From Planctomycetota bacterium (GTDB lineage: Bacteria; JAJVIF01; JAPKYR01): a DNA stretch of 64,000 nt. The translations under genes were made by a program, and so were the position numbers. Location: assembly GCA_030614715.1 (NCBI GenBank), contig JAUWTM010000003.1, positions 13,763 to 77,762 of the forward strand. Direction: 5' to 3'. Of this stretch, positions 1 to 9,034 are shown one piece after another (positions within the stretch are counted from its first letter, which is position 1; the number at the start of each line of letters is the position of its first letter). The notes below the pieces were generated by a model. That model was given only the letters and a program-made list of their open reading frames with translations. It made no database searches and had not been told where the DNA came from.

Positions 1-2
1 GA

Positions 3-422
3 CCCATGTACCTGAATTCGCTCAGTATTTTCGGGCTGCCGATTATCACCTTTGGATCGAGCCGCATTGATGAGCCCGAAGACGCCGACGTATTCATCAA
101 GGAAAACCCGGGTAGGCCGTCCTTCAGAAGGTTCGTGGTCAAGGACGGAAAACTGATCGCGGCGACTTTAATAAATGATGTGCAGAATGCAGGTGTTTTC
201 CAGTACCTTGCACGCGAGAAGGTCGATATCGGCGACATAGCCTCGTCGCTGTTTGAACAGGACCTGGCCGGGATGGATTTCCTGTACCAGCATCACGAAA
301 AGGTTGTCAGCGGCGAAAATATCGACTGGCCAGAATCGATGAGCCTGATCAAATGGTTCAAGAAGGACCATTCGCATACTCGCTGGGGTAAGAAGGAAGC
401 CGGGGAAAAATCAAAGAAATGA
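3..422 (+). CDS. FAD/NAD(P)-dependent pyridine-nucleotide-disulfide oxidoreductase family protein, C-terminal fragment (5' end outside window)
   Basis: The frame stays open to the window edge, so the Met at 6 is an edge artefact. The tail ..GKLIAATLINDVQNAGVFQYLAREKVDIGD.. resembles the C-terminal region of Pyr_redox-type flavoproteins. The stop overlaps the next start (ATGA at 419-422). Confidence 0.5.
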   Translation, partial: PMYLNSLSIFGLPIITFGSSRIDEPEDADVFIKENPGRPSFRRFVVKDGKLIAATLINDVQNAGVFQYLAREKVDIGDIASSLFEQDLAGMDFLYQHHEKVVSGENIDWPESMSLIKWFKKDHSHTRWGKKEAGEKSKK

Positions 423-2299
423 CAGTATCGATTGGAAATATCAGATCACGCACAGCGTTCGTCGACCTCACCAGTGGATCAGTGACGTACGAAGATACAT
501 CGCCCGAGGTCGTTGAGAAGTTCATCGGCGGACGCGGGTTGAACGCAGCGTATCTCTACAAGCTTCTTCCTCCCGACACAGATCCCCTTTCCCCTGAAAA
601 CGTACTGATAGTCGGGACCGGAGCGATGTCCGGGACCGGTGCTCCCAACTCCAGCCGTTTCAATGTCACTGCGCTTTCCCCGGAATCGGGGATATTCGGC
701 GACGCAAACAGCGGGGGATTCTTCGCGACCAAATTGCGTGCATCCGGAATAGACCGGGTCATTATGCTTGGCAAAGCCGACGTACCGGTCATTTTGAAGG
801 TAGAGGACGGTGAAGTCACGATCGAGGACGGCGGGAAATACTGGGGACTGGATGTAAACGAAACGCAGAACGCTATCAAGGGTGACCACGGACCGTCATC
901 AGAGGCAATCTGCATCGGACCTGCGGGGGAAAAGCTCGTACGGTTCGCGTGCGTGATGTCGGGTGTAAAAAATGCAGCTGCGCGCGGCGGCATGGGTGCC
1001 GTGATGGGCAGCAAGAACGTGAAAGCGGTCGTCGCTGCAGGTGGACGTATCGAGGACGGTCTTGTAATAGACGATCCCGATGGTTTCCTGACGCTTTGCG
1101 AGGAATTAAAGGACTATCTCCAGGCTTCTCTAATAGTGAAGGTGCTCGGACATGTTGGAACTCCGCTTCTGTACGAAGTAAGTAATCATCTCGGAGCAAT
1201 CAGGACCCGAAACAGCCAGGACAGCTCGTTTGAGGACACGCTCGATGCCGAGATCATCCATGACCACGTATCGAAAATGATCTCGTGTCATTCATGCGTC
1301 GTTCACTGCAGGCATCGGAACATTCACGAAGGCGAGGGCCCTGAATACACGACAATAGTACTTCTCGGAGCGAATCTTGGAATCGCTGACACCGCCGAGG
1401 TCATCAAACTGAACAACCTCGCCAACAGGCTTGGCCTGGACGTCTCATCGACAGGCGGAATCCTGTCATGGGCGATGGAGCTGTACGAGAAGGGAATAAT
1501 CGACGATTCACTGACCGGTGGACCGGTTAAGTTTGGGGATTACAACCTTGCTGTGAAATTAATAGAATCTGTCGCAAATAGAGAGGGATTCGGAGACATC
1601 CTCGCGGAAAGTTCCAGGGCAGCCGAAAAACTCAACGATCCAAAACGTGATTACCTGACAGCAGTCAAAGGACTCCCGCAATCCGACCCACACGATGTGC
1701 GGTACATCAAGGCGTTCGCGCTTGGGATCGCAACAGCGTCACGTGGAGCCGACCATCTCCGTAGCAGGCCGACGCTGGAAGTTTTCGACCTTCCACCGGA
1801 ACTCCTGAGAGATATATATGGTCAGGATGTAAGCCGCGACCCGACTGAATACGATACGAAAGAAGTCGTTGTCTACACCCACGAGAATATTTATTCGCTG
1901 ATCGACGCGATCGGAATATGCAAGTTCATCTGTCACGGGTTCAACAGCCCGAAACTTCTCAAGCACGAGCATTTCTCGAAGCTGCTGGATAAGGCGTTCG
2001 GCGCAAAATACACCGAAGCTGAACTCCGAGACGTTGCGCTTCGAATTGTCGACCTGGAAAGGATGTTCAACAACCGCCAGGGAATCCGGCGGAAGGACGA
2101 CACGCTTCCCAGACGGTATTTCGATGAACCGATGCCCCACGGTGTCGCGAAGGGACACAAGATTGACCGGGATCAGTTCAAGGGAATGCTTGACAGGTAT
2201 TACAAGATCAGACAATGGAACGATGACGGCACCGTAACGCAGGAACGGATCGATGAGATCGATGCGATGGTGGATCATCTGGCGGGGGTGCGGACATGA
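419..2299 (+). CDS. aor: Aldehyde:ferredoxin oxidoreductase (tungsten-pterin AOR family)
   Basis: 626 aa. N-terminal ..FIGGRGLNAAYLY.., ..EAICIGPAGEKLVRFA.., ..GLPQSDPHD.. and overall length are typical of AOR-family W enzymes. ATGA start/stop overlaps on both sides. A tungstate transporter and a pterin cofactor operon lie elsewhere in the window. Confidence 0.9.
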   Translation: MTVSIGNIRSRTAFVDLTSGSVTYEDTSPEVVEKFIGGRGLNAAYLYKLLPPDTDPLSPENVLIVGTGAMSGTGAPNSSRFNVTALSPESGIFGDANSGGFFATKLRASGIDRVIMLGKADVPVILKVEDGEVTIEDGGKYWGLDVNETQNAIKGDHGPSSEAICIGPAGEKLVRFACVMSGVKNAAARGGMGAVMGSKNVKAVVAAGGRIEDGLVIDDPDGFLTLCEELKDYLQASLIVKVLGHVGTPLLYEVSNHLGAIRTRNSQDSSFEDTLDAEIIHDHVSKMISCHSCVVHCRHRNIHEGEGPEYTTIVLLGANLGIADTAEVIKLNNLANRLGLDVSSTGGILSWAMELYEKGIIDDSLTGGPVKFGDYNLAVKLIESVANREGFGDILAESSRAAEKLNDPKRDYLTAVKGLPQSDPHDVRYIKAFALGIATASRGADHLRSRPTLEVFDLPPELLRDIYGQDVSRDPTEYDTKEVVVYTHENIYSLIDAIGICKFICHGFNSPKLLKHEHFSKLLDKAFGAKYTEAELRDVALRIVDLERMFNNRQGIRRKDDTLPRRYFDEPMPHGVAKGHKIDRDQFKGMLDRYYKIRQWNDDGTVTQERIDEIDAMVDHLAGVRT

Positions 2300-2733
2300 G
2301 ACGTATCTACACGAAACCCGACCTCTGTTCCGGATGCAGGGCATGTTCGATAGCATGCGCGATCGCGCATTTCGGTGTTGCGGATGATTCCCGTGGCGCA
2401 ATACAGATTCTCAGGAACCCGTTCATGGGATTCGAATACCAGGCCGTGTGCCGTATCTGCGAGGAACCGGAATGTGTCGCGGCCTGTATGGGAATCGCAC
2501 TGACAAGGGATCCCGACACGGGCCAGATCCATTTCGATGAGGACCGTTGCATTGGCTGCTGGATGTGCACGATGGTATGTCCTCACCAGGCGGCCATTCC
2601 CGATCCGAAACGGGGCAAGGCCATCATCTGCGACCAATGCGAGGGACGCGACAAACCGGCATGCGTCGCCGCATGCTCTACCGGAGCGGTCACGTTTATT
2701 GAAGTCGAAGATAAGGTTGGAGCCGAAGGCTGA
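2296..2733 (+). CDS. 4Fe-4S dicluster/polyferredoxin-like electron-transfer subunit (AOR partner)
   Basis: 145 aa with four Cys clusters: CSGCRACSIAC, CRICEEPECVAAC, CIGCWMCTMVCP, CDQCEGRDKPACVAAC. The start overlaps the AOR stop (ATGA). Confidence 0.85.
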   Translation: MRRIYTKPDLCSGCRACSIACAIAHFGVADDSRGAIQILRNPFMGFEYQAVCRICEEPECVAACMGIALTRDPDTGQIHFDEDRCIGCWMCTMVCPHQAAIPDPKRGKAIICDQCEGRDKPACVAACSTGAVTFIEVEDKVGAEG

Positions 2734-2798
2734 CGTACGCACGAATTTCCAGTCTTATTAAATACAGTACTTAGTAATCAGTCACCATCGAGCTGAAT

Positions 2799-3788
2799 AT
2801 GCCGCAAGAAAACCTGACCATTGGAGCAGTGGGGGTTGGCGCAGTTGGCACCATCCTCGCATCATGCCTTGCAGAGGCCGGAGCCGATGTAATTGCCGCC
2901 GACATTCCTGTGCGTAAGTCCCAGGTCGATGAAAACGGGCTGCGGGTGACGTGGGCTGACAGGCAGCTCAATAACCTGATCAAGACCGTCGACAACATCA
3001 GCGACCTGAAAGCGCACGAACCGGACGTGATATTCGTCGCAACGAAGGCGTGTCTGTTGAAACGGATCATGCCGGATGTCGCCGATGCTGCGGGTGAGAC
3101 CAGCATTGTCATGAGCGTCCAGAACGGTATCGGCACCGAGGATGAGATCGCGAAGTATGTCAATCCCGGAAGGGTCGCCAGGATGGTTGTGAATTACGCA
3201 GGCAGGATGGAGGAAAACGGCGATGTGTTCGTCAACTGGTTCAATCCTCCTAATGCTTTCGGACCACACGTCGATGGCGATCACCCGGCCCTGGTAAAAC
3301 TCGTAGAGATGCTCAATGAAGCCGGAATGACATCGGACCTTTTCGATTCTGCCACGATCAAGAAGAAGGCATACTTCAAGACAACCCTGAATTCATCACT
3401 TATGCCACTCTGTGCGATAATGGACCGCACGATGAGCGAAGCGATGCGTTGCCCCCTGACTCGAATGCTGGCCGCCGACCTCCTTAAGGAAGCCCTTGCA
3501 GTTGGTCAGAAGCTGGGATACGACTACGGCGAAGGAATAATCGACACGTGCATTGGGTATCTCGACAAGGGCGGAGACCATCACCCATCTATGTCAGTCG
3601 ATCTCAAGTGCAAGCGTCCAACGGAAATCGATTTTATCAACGGGAAAATCCTGGAACTCGGTCAACAGTTTAACGATGTGAATCTGGAGACAAACCGCAT
3701 TATGGTTTCGTTCCTGATCTCGATGGAGATGTGTAACGGAACCCGCGACCCAGAGGACATACCCGGTTATCTCGGGAAATCCCAGTGA
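2799..3788 (+). CDS. 2-dehydropantoate 2-reductase (ApbA/PanE) family oxidoreductase
   Basis: N-terminal Rossmann motif IGAVGVGAVGTILA, then VATKA, VQNGIG and the family-typical SMSVDLKCKRPTEIDFINGKI block. Confidence 0.8.
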   Translation: MPQENLTIGAVGVGAVGTILASCLAEAGADVIAADIPVRKSQVDENGLRVTWADRQLNNLIKTVDNISDLKAHEPDVIFVATKACLLKRIMPDVADAAGETSIVMSVQNGIGTEDEIAKYVNPGRVARMVVNYAGRMEENGDVFVNWFNPPNAFGPHVDGDHPALVKLVEMLNEAGMTSDLFDSATIKKKAYFKTTLNSSLMPLCAIMDRTMSEAMRCPLTRMLAADLLKEALAVGQKLGYDYGEGIIDTCIGYLDKGGDHHPSMSVDLKCKRPTEIDFINGKILELGQQFNDVNLETNRIMVSFLISMEMCNGTRDPEDIPGYLGKSQ

Positions 3789-3880
3789 AATCCGGAGCTC
3801 TCGCGTTTAGAAATCAAGTATGACAAAAACGCTTTGAGAAGCATTACTAATATTAATACTCAGGAAGGAACTAAGAGGAC

Positions 3881-4942
3881 ATGTCAATGGCAACAAAACG
3901 TGAACCAATGCAGTATCCAATACCCAAGAGGAAGGCCCCCGGGCTCTTCGTCCATAAGGATGCATCAGAATTCGGCTTTCAATTTATTAAATATGAGAAG
4001 AACGACGGGATCGCGAAGGTCACCATCAACCGTCCGGAGGTCTACAACTCGTACAACCTCAAGACCCTGATGGAGATGACGGAGGCGTTCGACGACTGCG
4101 CATGTGACGACCGGGTCGGTGTAATTGTCCTGCGTGGTGAAGGCGACGTGGCGTTCTGCACGGGCGGCGACGTCAAGGAATACGCAGAGATGATCGTCCA
4201 GGGCAAGTCGCAGGACATGTGGCACTGGATGAACTGGTTTGTCCGTGCCCACGATGCACTTCGCAACACCGGAAAGACCAGCATCGCCGCGCTGAACGGG
4301 ATCGTGGTCGGGGGCGGCAACGAGTGGAACCTCAGTTGTGACGTAGCCATCATGGCCGACACCGAATGGAAAGAGAAAAAGGACGGCACGAAGGTCCCGA
4401 CACGCTATATCAAGCAGGTCGGTGCAACGGTCGGCTCAGTCGCTGCAGGCGGAGCAACACAAAACCTTCCGCTGGTCGTGGGAATGCGTCGCGCGAAGGA
4501 AATCCTTCTCTTCAACCGCCCGATGCCACCTCAGCAGTGCAAGGAATGGGGTCTCGTCAACGAAGTAGTTCCATACGACGAACTCGATTCAACAGTCGAG
4601 AAATGGGCGAAGGACGCGCTCAGACAGTTCCCGGGTTCGATCAGGTCCACACGCGAGCAGCTCAACTTCTTCAGCAACATGGTCTGGGGAACGAGCATGG
4701 GCTTCGCGAAGGACACACTAATCCGCAACATGGGCGGTATCGAGTCGTACTTCGGGATGGTCGGATTCGCGAAGAAACGTCCGGTTGATTACGATTCAAT
4801 CCGCAGGGCGGCCGCGGAAGGCGCCGACATGGAGCTATTGTTCGGACCGTACGTGCACACCTGCGGTGAATGCGGTCTTGAGGGAATACCGCTCGAGTTC
4901 GATTTCTGCGGCGGTTGCGGCGCGAAGCTGGAGATAGAATAA
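3881..4942 (+). CDS. Enoyl-CoA hydratase/isomerase (crotonase) superfamily protein, MenB/BadI-like, with C-terminal zinc-ribbon tail
   Basis: ..AKVTINRPEVYNSYN.., ..VLRGEGDVAFCTGGDVKE.., ..IAALNGIVVGGGNEWNLSCDVAIMAD.. are the crotonase oxyanion-hole blocks. The last 28 aa carry CGEC..x14..CGGC. RBS AAGAGGA lies upstream. Confidence 0.8.
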   Translation: MSMATKREPMQYPIPKRKAPGLFVHKDASEFGFQFIKYEKNDGIAKVTINRPEVYNSYNLKTLMEMTEAFDDCACDDRVGVIVLRGEGDVAFCTGGDVKEYAEMIVQGKSQDMWHWMNWFVRAHDALRNTGKTSIAALNGIVVGGGNEWNLSCDVAIMADTEWKEKKDGTKVPTRYIKQVGATVGSVAAGGATQNLPLVVGMRRAKEILLFNRPMPPQQCKEWGLVNEVVPYDELDSTVEKWAKDALRQFPGSIRSTREQLNFFSNMVWGTSMGFAKDTLIRNMGGIESYFGMVGFAKKRPVDYDSIRRAAAEGADMELLFGPYVHTCGECGLEGIPLEFDFCGGCGAKLEIE

Positions 4943-4947
4943 ACAAC

Positions 4948-4977
4948 GCTTGATCTTCAATTGATCAGCTCTTTTTT
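4948..4977 (+). terminator. Candidate intrinsic terminator after the crotonase gene
   Basis: Stem GCT(T)GATC / GATCAGC (7 bp, one bulge), loop TTCAATT, followed by TCTTTTTTG. Confidence 0.45.
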
Positions 4978-5015
4978 GTTGAAGTCAATTTACTACCGGT
5001 ATGGGAGTGTTCCAT

Positions 5016-6068
5016 ATGCAATCAATACCTGAAAAAATGAAAGCCGCGGTTCTTCACGGACCGAAAGAACTAAAAGTGCAGGAGGTCGACGTCCCCGTTC
5101 CCGGTCCCGGCGAGGTTTTAGTCGAAGTCGCGGCGAACGGCCTCTGCCACACCGATGTCACCTACTACGAGGCAAAAATCCCCGAGAAGATGCGCGTATA
5201 CCCGCTGATTCTCGGACATGAAGCTGCCGGCAAGGTTGTGAAACTCGGCGACGGTGTCGAGGGTCTCAGAGAGGGCGACAATGTGCTGCTGCCGCCGGTT
5301 TATGGATGCGGTGAATGCGCGATGTGCGGATCCGGACTCGACAACCTCTGCAGAAGTTCCAGCATGCTGGGGGGAAGCAGGGACGGTGCGTACGCGCAGT
5401 ACATTTCCATCCCCGCGAAACATGCTTACAGGATGGATCCATCAGTCGATATGATGAAAGCGTGCGTTGCCGCCGATGCCGTGTCCACCACATATTACGC
5501 TCTCAAGGAACGACTCGGAATCATGCCGGGGGACTCCGTTGCTGTATTCGGCGCAGGCGGACTTGGTCTTGCAGCGCTTAACGTGGCGCGTGAACTTGGT
5601 GCCCAGAGACTGTACGCGATTGACATCCGCGATGAAAGTTTAGAGCAGGCAGCGAAACTCGGGGCAGTCACGATCAACAGCCAGGGCAAGGAGAAGATTT
5701 TCAAGGAACTCAAGAAGATGTCCGAAGACGGAATCCGCCTGGCAATGGACTGTGTTGGCTACGGCAGCACTATCGCCGAGGCATTCAACACTGTCTGCAC
5801 TGGCGGCGAGGTCGGTGTTATCGGATTCACGATGGACAAGGTTGAATTGAGAGCGGGGAACTTCATGGGCCTTCAGAAACGCATCGGCGGCTCGTGGGGA
5901 TGCCCGACCTACCTCTTCCCCGAAGTGGTGAAGCTTCTGGAAGGCGGCGGGATCGATTTCGATGTACTGATCAGCAAGTACTACGAGCTTGACGACGTCG
6001 AGCAGGCGTTTAACGACCTTGAAGCCGGACAGATAGTGGGACGTGCGGTAATTCGCATCCCACATTAA
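5016..6068 (+). CDS. Zinc-dependent alcohol dehydrogenase (MDR) family; candidate hydroxyacyl-CoA/alicyclic alcohol dehydrogenase
   Basis: GLCHTDV, GHEAAGKVVKLGDGV, structural-zinc CGECAMCGSGLDNLC, Rossmann VFGAGGLGL. I prefer the ATG at 5016 over 5001 because GGGAG sits 8 nt upstream of it. Confidence 0.85.
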   Translation: MQSIPEKMKAAVLHGPKELKVQEVDVPVPGPGEVLVEVAANGLCHTDVTYYEAKIPEKMRVYPLILGHEAAGKVVKLGDGVEGLREGDNVLLPPVYGCGECAMCGSGLDNLCRSSSMLGGSRDGAYAQYISIPAKHAYRMDPSVDMMKACVAADAVSTTYYALKERLGIMPGDSVAVFGAGGLGLAALNVARELGAQRLYAIDIRDESLEQAAKLGAVTINSQGKEKIFKELKKMSEDGIRLAMDCVGYGSTIAEAFNTVCTGGEVGVIGFTMDKVELRAGNFMGLQKRIGGSWGCPTYLFPEVVKLLEGGGIDFDVLISKYYELDDVEQAFNDLEAGQIVGRAVIRIPH

Positions 6069-6104
6069 ATAATTTAGAAATACACTGGAAAGAGAGACGA
6101 AATT

Positions 6105-6848
6105 ATGCAACTAGAAGGAAAAAATGCGATCGTAACGGGCGGAAGCCTTGGAATCGGGACCGCTATCGCGCTCGGACTGGCAAAAGCGGGAGCGAATGTC
6201 GCACTGAACTACCGTAAGCACGCCGACGAAGCCAACGCTGTTGTCGCGAAGATCGAGAAGATGGGCCGTAAGGGAATGGCAGTCCAGGCCGATGTTTCAT
6301 CGACATCGGATGCCGAAGCGATGCTCAAGAAAGTGGTCGAGGAATTCGGTTCTATCGACATCCTCGTCTGCAACGCGGGCATCAATCGCGACAGCACCAT
6401 CTGGAAGATGTCCGAGGAGCAATGGGACCAGGTCCTGGATATCAACCTGAAGGGCTACTTCAACTACATCCATGCCTCTGCTCCGTATTTTCGCGAACAG
6501 AAAAGCGGTCGTATCATCAACATCACGTCGATCAACGGCCTGAGGGGTAAGTTCGGGCAGTCCAACTACTCAGCGTCTAAAGCCGGGATCATCGGCCTGA
6601 CAAAAGCGGTCGCGCGCGAGCTTGGACGATCAACTGTTACCGTGAACGCCATCGCTCCCGGGATGATATTGACCGACATGGCGCGTGAGCTCGAACAGAA
6701 ATGGCTCGATGCAGCGATCGGCGAGACCGTTCTCGGGAAGCTGGGTGAATGCGAGGACGTGGCAAACCTTGTGGTCTTCCTAGCATCAGACATAGCAGGA
6801 CACATCACGGGTCAGGTGATCTCTGTCGACGGCGGTCAGTACATCTAG
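6105..6848 (+). CDS. Short-chain dehydrogenase/reductase, FabG/BadH-like 3-oxo/hydroxyacyl reductase
   Basis: TGGSLGIGTAIA cofactor motif, NAGI, catalytic YSASKAG. 247 aa. Confidence 0.9.
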   Translation: MQLEGKNAIVTGGSLGIGTAIALGLAKAGANVALNYRKHADEANAVVAKIEKMGRKGMAVQADVSSTSDAEAMLKKVVEEFGSIDILVCNAGINRDSTIWKMSEEQWDQVLDINLKGYFNYIHASAPYFREQKSGRIINITSINGLRGKFGQSNYSASKAGIIGLTKAVARELGRSTVTVNAIAPGMILTDMARELEQKWLDAAIGETVLGKLGECEDVANLVVFLASDIAGHITGQVISVDGGQYI

Positions 6849-6928
6849 CAAATTCTGACGGATTGAAATTAACGTCCGGATCGCCAGCGTGATGAGCATC
6901 CGGTCTGCACAGCATTAAGGAGAAATCA

Positions 6929-7765
6929 ATGTCTGACGAACTGGTATTACTGGAAAAACCTGAAGAAAATCCGCACGTCGCGATACTCACCTGGAACCGT
7001 ACCGATGCCGGTAACGCCCTGAATACACCGCTGCTTGAGGCACTGGCTGAGAAGTTTGATGAAATCGACGCCGACACGTCGATACGCGTGGTAATAATGC
7101 ACTCGACAGGCAAGCATGCCAGTTTCGGAGCCGACCTCAACGAACTCATTGTCGAGACCGACGGTGAATATTCGAACATGTCGAAATCGGACGCGGCGAA
7201 GCATATTTACGATGGTCGTGTCGTCGCGGGTAAAATATTCAACCTGAGAGTGCCGATAATCGGTGTCATTCACGGCTTCTGTCTTGGTGGCGGAGCTGAG
7301 CTTTACACCCTCTGCGATGTCCTTTACGCTGCCGCAGGCGGTAAAGCGGAAGGCGGCCTTGTCTATGGATTCCCGGAACCGACAATCGGCGTGATGGCCG
7401 GCTGGATGGGACCGGAAACTCTCATGAAGCGCATCGGCGCAGGCGCTGCGAAGGACATCCTGTTATCGGGCAGGTTCATTACCGCCGATGAAGCGCTGTC
7501 GATGGGAATCGTGCAGGGACTCTTCCCGAAGGATGAACTCATGTCGAGTGCGATGGACTGGGCGAAGACCGTCGCAGCCAACGCGCCGTACGCAGTTGAA
7601 TCGACAAGGCGAACGCTGAATCGCGTCGTGTTCCCGCATTTCAAGGAAATTCTTGAATCGACCGGAGATGAAACTGTCGACAATCTCATGACGGCAGACT
7701 TCGTGAAGGGTGCGAAGAAAATCCTGACCAAATCAAAAGATCAACCCGATTACGAAAGAAAATAA
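6929..7765 (+). CDS. Enoyl-CoA hydratase/isomerase family protein
   Basis: ..ILTWNRTDAGNALN.., ..HSTGKHASFGADLNE.., ..IGVIHGFCLGGGAELYTLCD... Strong RBS AAGGAG 6 nt upstream. Confidence 0.85.
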   Translation: MSDELVLLEKPEENPHVAILTWNRTDAGNALNTPLLEALAEKFDEIDADTSIRVVIMHSTGKHASFGADLNELIVETDGEYSNMSKSDAAKHIYDGRVVAGKIFNLRVPIIGVIHGFCLGGGAELYTLCDVLYAAAGGKAEGGLVYGFPEPTIGVMAGWMGPETLMKRIGAGAAKDILLSGRFITADEALSMGIVQGLFPKDELMSSAMDWAKTVAANAPYAVESTRRTLNRVVFPHFKEILESTGDETVDNLMTADFVKGAKKILTKSKDQPDYERK

Positions 7766-7777
7766 CAGGAGAATAAA

Positions 7778-8983
7778 ATGGCATTCCCACTAGACCCGCC
7801 CGTAATAATTATCGAGGGCGCAAGAACCCCATGGGGTAAATTCACCGGCAGTCTGAAAGAATTCACAGCGACCGACCTTGCGGTCAAGGCAAGCGAGGAA
7901 GCGATCAAGCGGAGCGGTGTCCCCAAGGAAAAATTCGGACACACAATCATGGCGGTAACCCGTGCTACATCAAGCCTTGACGCGCATCACATGGGACGTC
8001 ATGTCGGCCTGAAAGTCGGCCTGCCCGAGGAAGCCGGCGGATACATGGTCAACCGGCTCTGCGGTGGATCACTCCAGTCGACGATCAACGGCACAGCCAT
8101 GATTCACTTCGGGGAAATTGAATACGCCCTGACCGGCGGTGCCGAAAGCCTGAGCAACTGCCCGCATTCGATATGGGGTTTGAGGGTCGGGCTAGGCCTT
8201 GGACAGGGAAAAATGCACGACACCCTGTGGGACGGGCTTGTGGATACGTACTGCAACCTGGGCATGGGTCCGACAGCGGAAAAACTCGCCGAGAAGTACG
8301 GCATCACCCGCGAGGAAGCCGATGCATTCGCGTTCCGCAGCCAGGACCTGACAGCGAAGGCCCAGGAAAGCGGTCTGCTCAAAGAGGAAATCATACCGGT
8401 TGAATACACGGTAAAGCGTAAACAGACCGCGATGCTTGAAGCCGATGAAACACCGCGCCTGACCGCGATCGAAAAACTTGCGGGACTTCGAGCTGCATTC
8501 GTCAAGGACGGTCAGGTCACCGCGGGAAACGCATGCGGTCTTGCTGACGGCGCGGCGGCAGTGGTTATCGGTTCTGCAAAGGCTGTCGAACGCGACGGAA
8601 TCGAGCCACTCGGTGAACTCATTGGATGGGCCGTGGTCGGTGTACCGCCGGACATCATGGGAATCGGTCCGGCACCGGCTATCAGGCAGATACTGGAAAA
8701 AACAGGAATGTCACTCGACGATATCGGCCTTATCGAGATCAACGAGGCGTTCGCCTGCCAGGTTCTTGCATGCTGCAAAGAACTTGAACTCGACCCGGAA
8801 CGTGTTAACGTGCAGGGGGGTTCGCTTGCACTCGGTCACCCACTCGGCGCTACCGGTGCACGACTCACATATACTCTGCTCCTGCAGATGCGACGGAACA
8901 AAGTGAAGTACGGCCTCAGCAGCATGTGCATCGGCGGCGGACAGGGAATTGTGGGCCTGTTCAGGAATCCGAGGGTTAGCTAG
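7778..8983 (+). CDS. Acetyl-CoA C-acyltransferase (thiolase)
   Basis: Active-site NRLCGGSLQS, NEAFACQ, GHPLGATGARL, CIGGGQGI. RBS AGGAG. Confidence 0.9.
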   Translation: MAFPLDPPVIIIEGARTPWGKFTGSLKEFTATDLAVKASEEAIKRSGVPKEKFGHTIMAVTRATSSLDAHHMGRHVGLKVGLPEEAGGYMVNRLCGGSLQSTINGTAMIHFGEIEYALTGGAESLSNCPHSIWGLRVGLGLGQGKMHDTLWDGLVDTYCNLGMGPTAEKLAEKYGITREEADAFAFRSQDLTAKAQESGLLKEEIIPVEYTVKRKQTAMLEADETPRLTAIEKLAGLRAAFVKDGQVTAGNACGLADGAAAVVIGSAKAVERDGIEPLGELIGWAVVGVPPDIMGIGPAPAIRQILEKTGMSLDDIGLIEINEAFACQVLACCKELELDPERVNVQGGSLALGHPLGATGARLTYTLLLQMRRNKVKYGLSSMCIGGGQGIVGLFRNPRVS

Positions 8984-9034
8984 TCCGGTCGTGATCATCG
9001 TGTAACGCTTTGTGAGAACTGATTAGGAGGTGAT

